This document shows, piece after piece, positions 63,034 through 64,000 of a stretch of 64,000 nt of DNA. The position numbers and the translations under genes are program-made. Location of the stretch: positions 32,056,001 through 32,120,000 of the forward strand of contig CM052818.1 of assembly GCA_028534125.1 (NCBI GenBank), in the 5' to 3' direction. The notes beneath the pieces are model-generated. The model saw only the letters and a list, made by a program, of their open reading frames with translations, did not search any database and had not been told where the DNA came from. Source of the stretch: Lama glama. Its lineage: Eukaryota. Position 1 is the first letter of the stretch, and each line of letters starts with the position of its first letter.

Positions 63034-64000
63034 TTGAAATAGGTTAAATTTAATCATAAGATGAGTGTTATCCTCCCTGTTGCCTGAATTTCTAAGAGGT
63101 CAAGTGATACAGAGCTGCAAGTGGCAGAGCTGTGGTTACAAACCAGATCCCACTGGTACCAGCATCCTCTGGAACCTGCTACAGGGTGTGCAGTCAAGGA
63201 AGGGTTTGGAGAAGCAGATAATACTGGTCGGCGGGTGTTCAAGGACCAGGGGCCCAAGAAAATTGGGGCACTGGTTCAGGGAAGGAACCACAGGAAGGGT
63301 GGAGGGAGAATAACCCTGCCCCTGGCTACCCTCACTTTTTTGAATCCCTGGTATCACTGGTGAGTCTCCTATGGCCTGAGCTGCCTGGACCAGACCAGCA
63401 CTGATTGGAAGCAAGATGATGGAGTTCGGCAGCAAACACTGGCTCTGCTTTATTGCCCATTAGTCCCTGTGCTGTAGAGCTCACCTTTTCCTTTACTCGC
63501 TGGAAGTGGACCTGTCCCTGTTTAGCCAGGGAAAAGCAACCCAGCTGAATCTGCACAAAGTTAAGTAACCAGGTTACTGGAGGGCAGGAGTAAATCAGTC
63601 TTGATAATCACATTTGGCAGTTTTCAAAACCATTTTGCTTGGACAGTGCAAATTCACTTAATGATACAAAATGCTGTTTATTTGTTGTGGGAAAAAAAAC
63701 TGAACTCAGGCCCACTACCTGGTGTTCAAAGTCTCCGTTCCATAGAGAAGAGGGTTTTATTTTCTTGGTGGAGGAGACACAGATGTATAAGGTGCTTATG
63801 TACCTAGAGGACACATGGTCGGCTGAAGACTGAATGTCTCCTGGTGTCCACAGCAGAGAAGAGCAGTACCTGAACTGGTGGACCATGTTTCCATTTACAC
63901 ATGTGTTTCCAAAGCTGATTTTTATAGGAAAAGCTTGTTCCCTGAAAGGAATGTCGACATCTGAAACTATTAGCTAACTGGACTTCCTGAGTAGAAATGC

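Noticed and set aside
1..64000. Inferring host-gene strand from repeat orientation
   Set aside because: ERV1 LTRs are all minus, but MaLRs and L1s occur in both orientations; the counts are too small
1..64000. CRISPR array, operon, tRNA/rRNA gene or novel multi-gene system
   Set aside because: No repeat-spacer array, structured-RNA signature or non-transposon coding sequence seen; the DNA is mammalian repeat-rich non-coding sequence

Overview
Mammalian non-coding genomic DNA (AT-rich, CpG-poor), probably intronic or intergenic. It is most likely camelid. The young L1 3' ends match the camelid-type L1 as I recall it, an older cetartiodactyl-type L1 is present, and I see no Alu, B1, Bov-A/BovB, PRE, CHR or Can-SINE. 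I find no credible protein-coding gene, RNA gene or CRISPR array; the supplied ORFs are L1 ORF2 remnants or chance ORFs. About half the window is recognisable interspersed repeat: young and old L1, HAL1, L2, MIR, a CR1/L3 RT relic, MaLR and ERV1 solo LTRs, and Tigger and hAT DNA transposons, many of them nested. I cannot support a novel biological system here. The best leads are a ~140-bp imperfect palindrome, a well-preserved CR1 RT fossil, three co-oriented MER31-like LTRs within 8.5 kb, a captured segment inside an MLT1D LTR, two twin-primed L1s, a shared premature L1 3' end, a candidate 33-nt exon and several candidate enhancers. Subfamily names come from remembered consensus sequences and need RepeatMasker/Dfam confirmation. 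Boundaries of old repeats are approximate.
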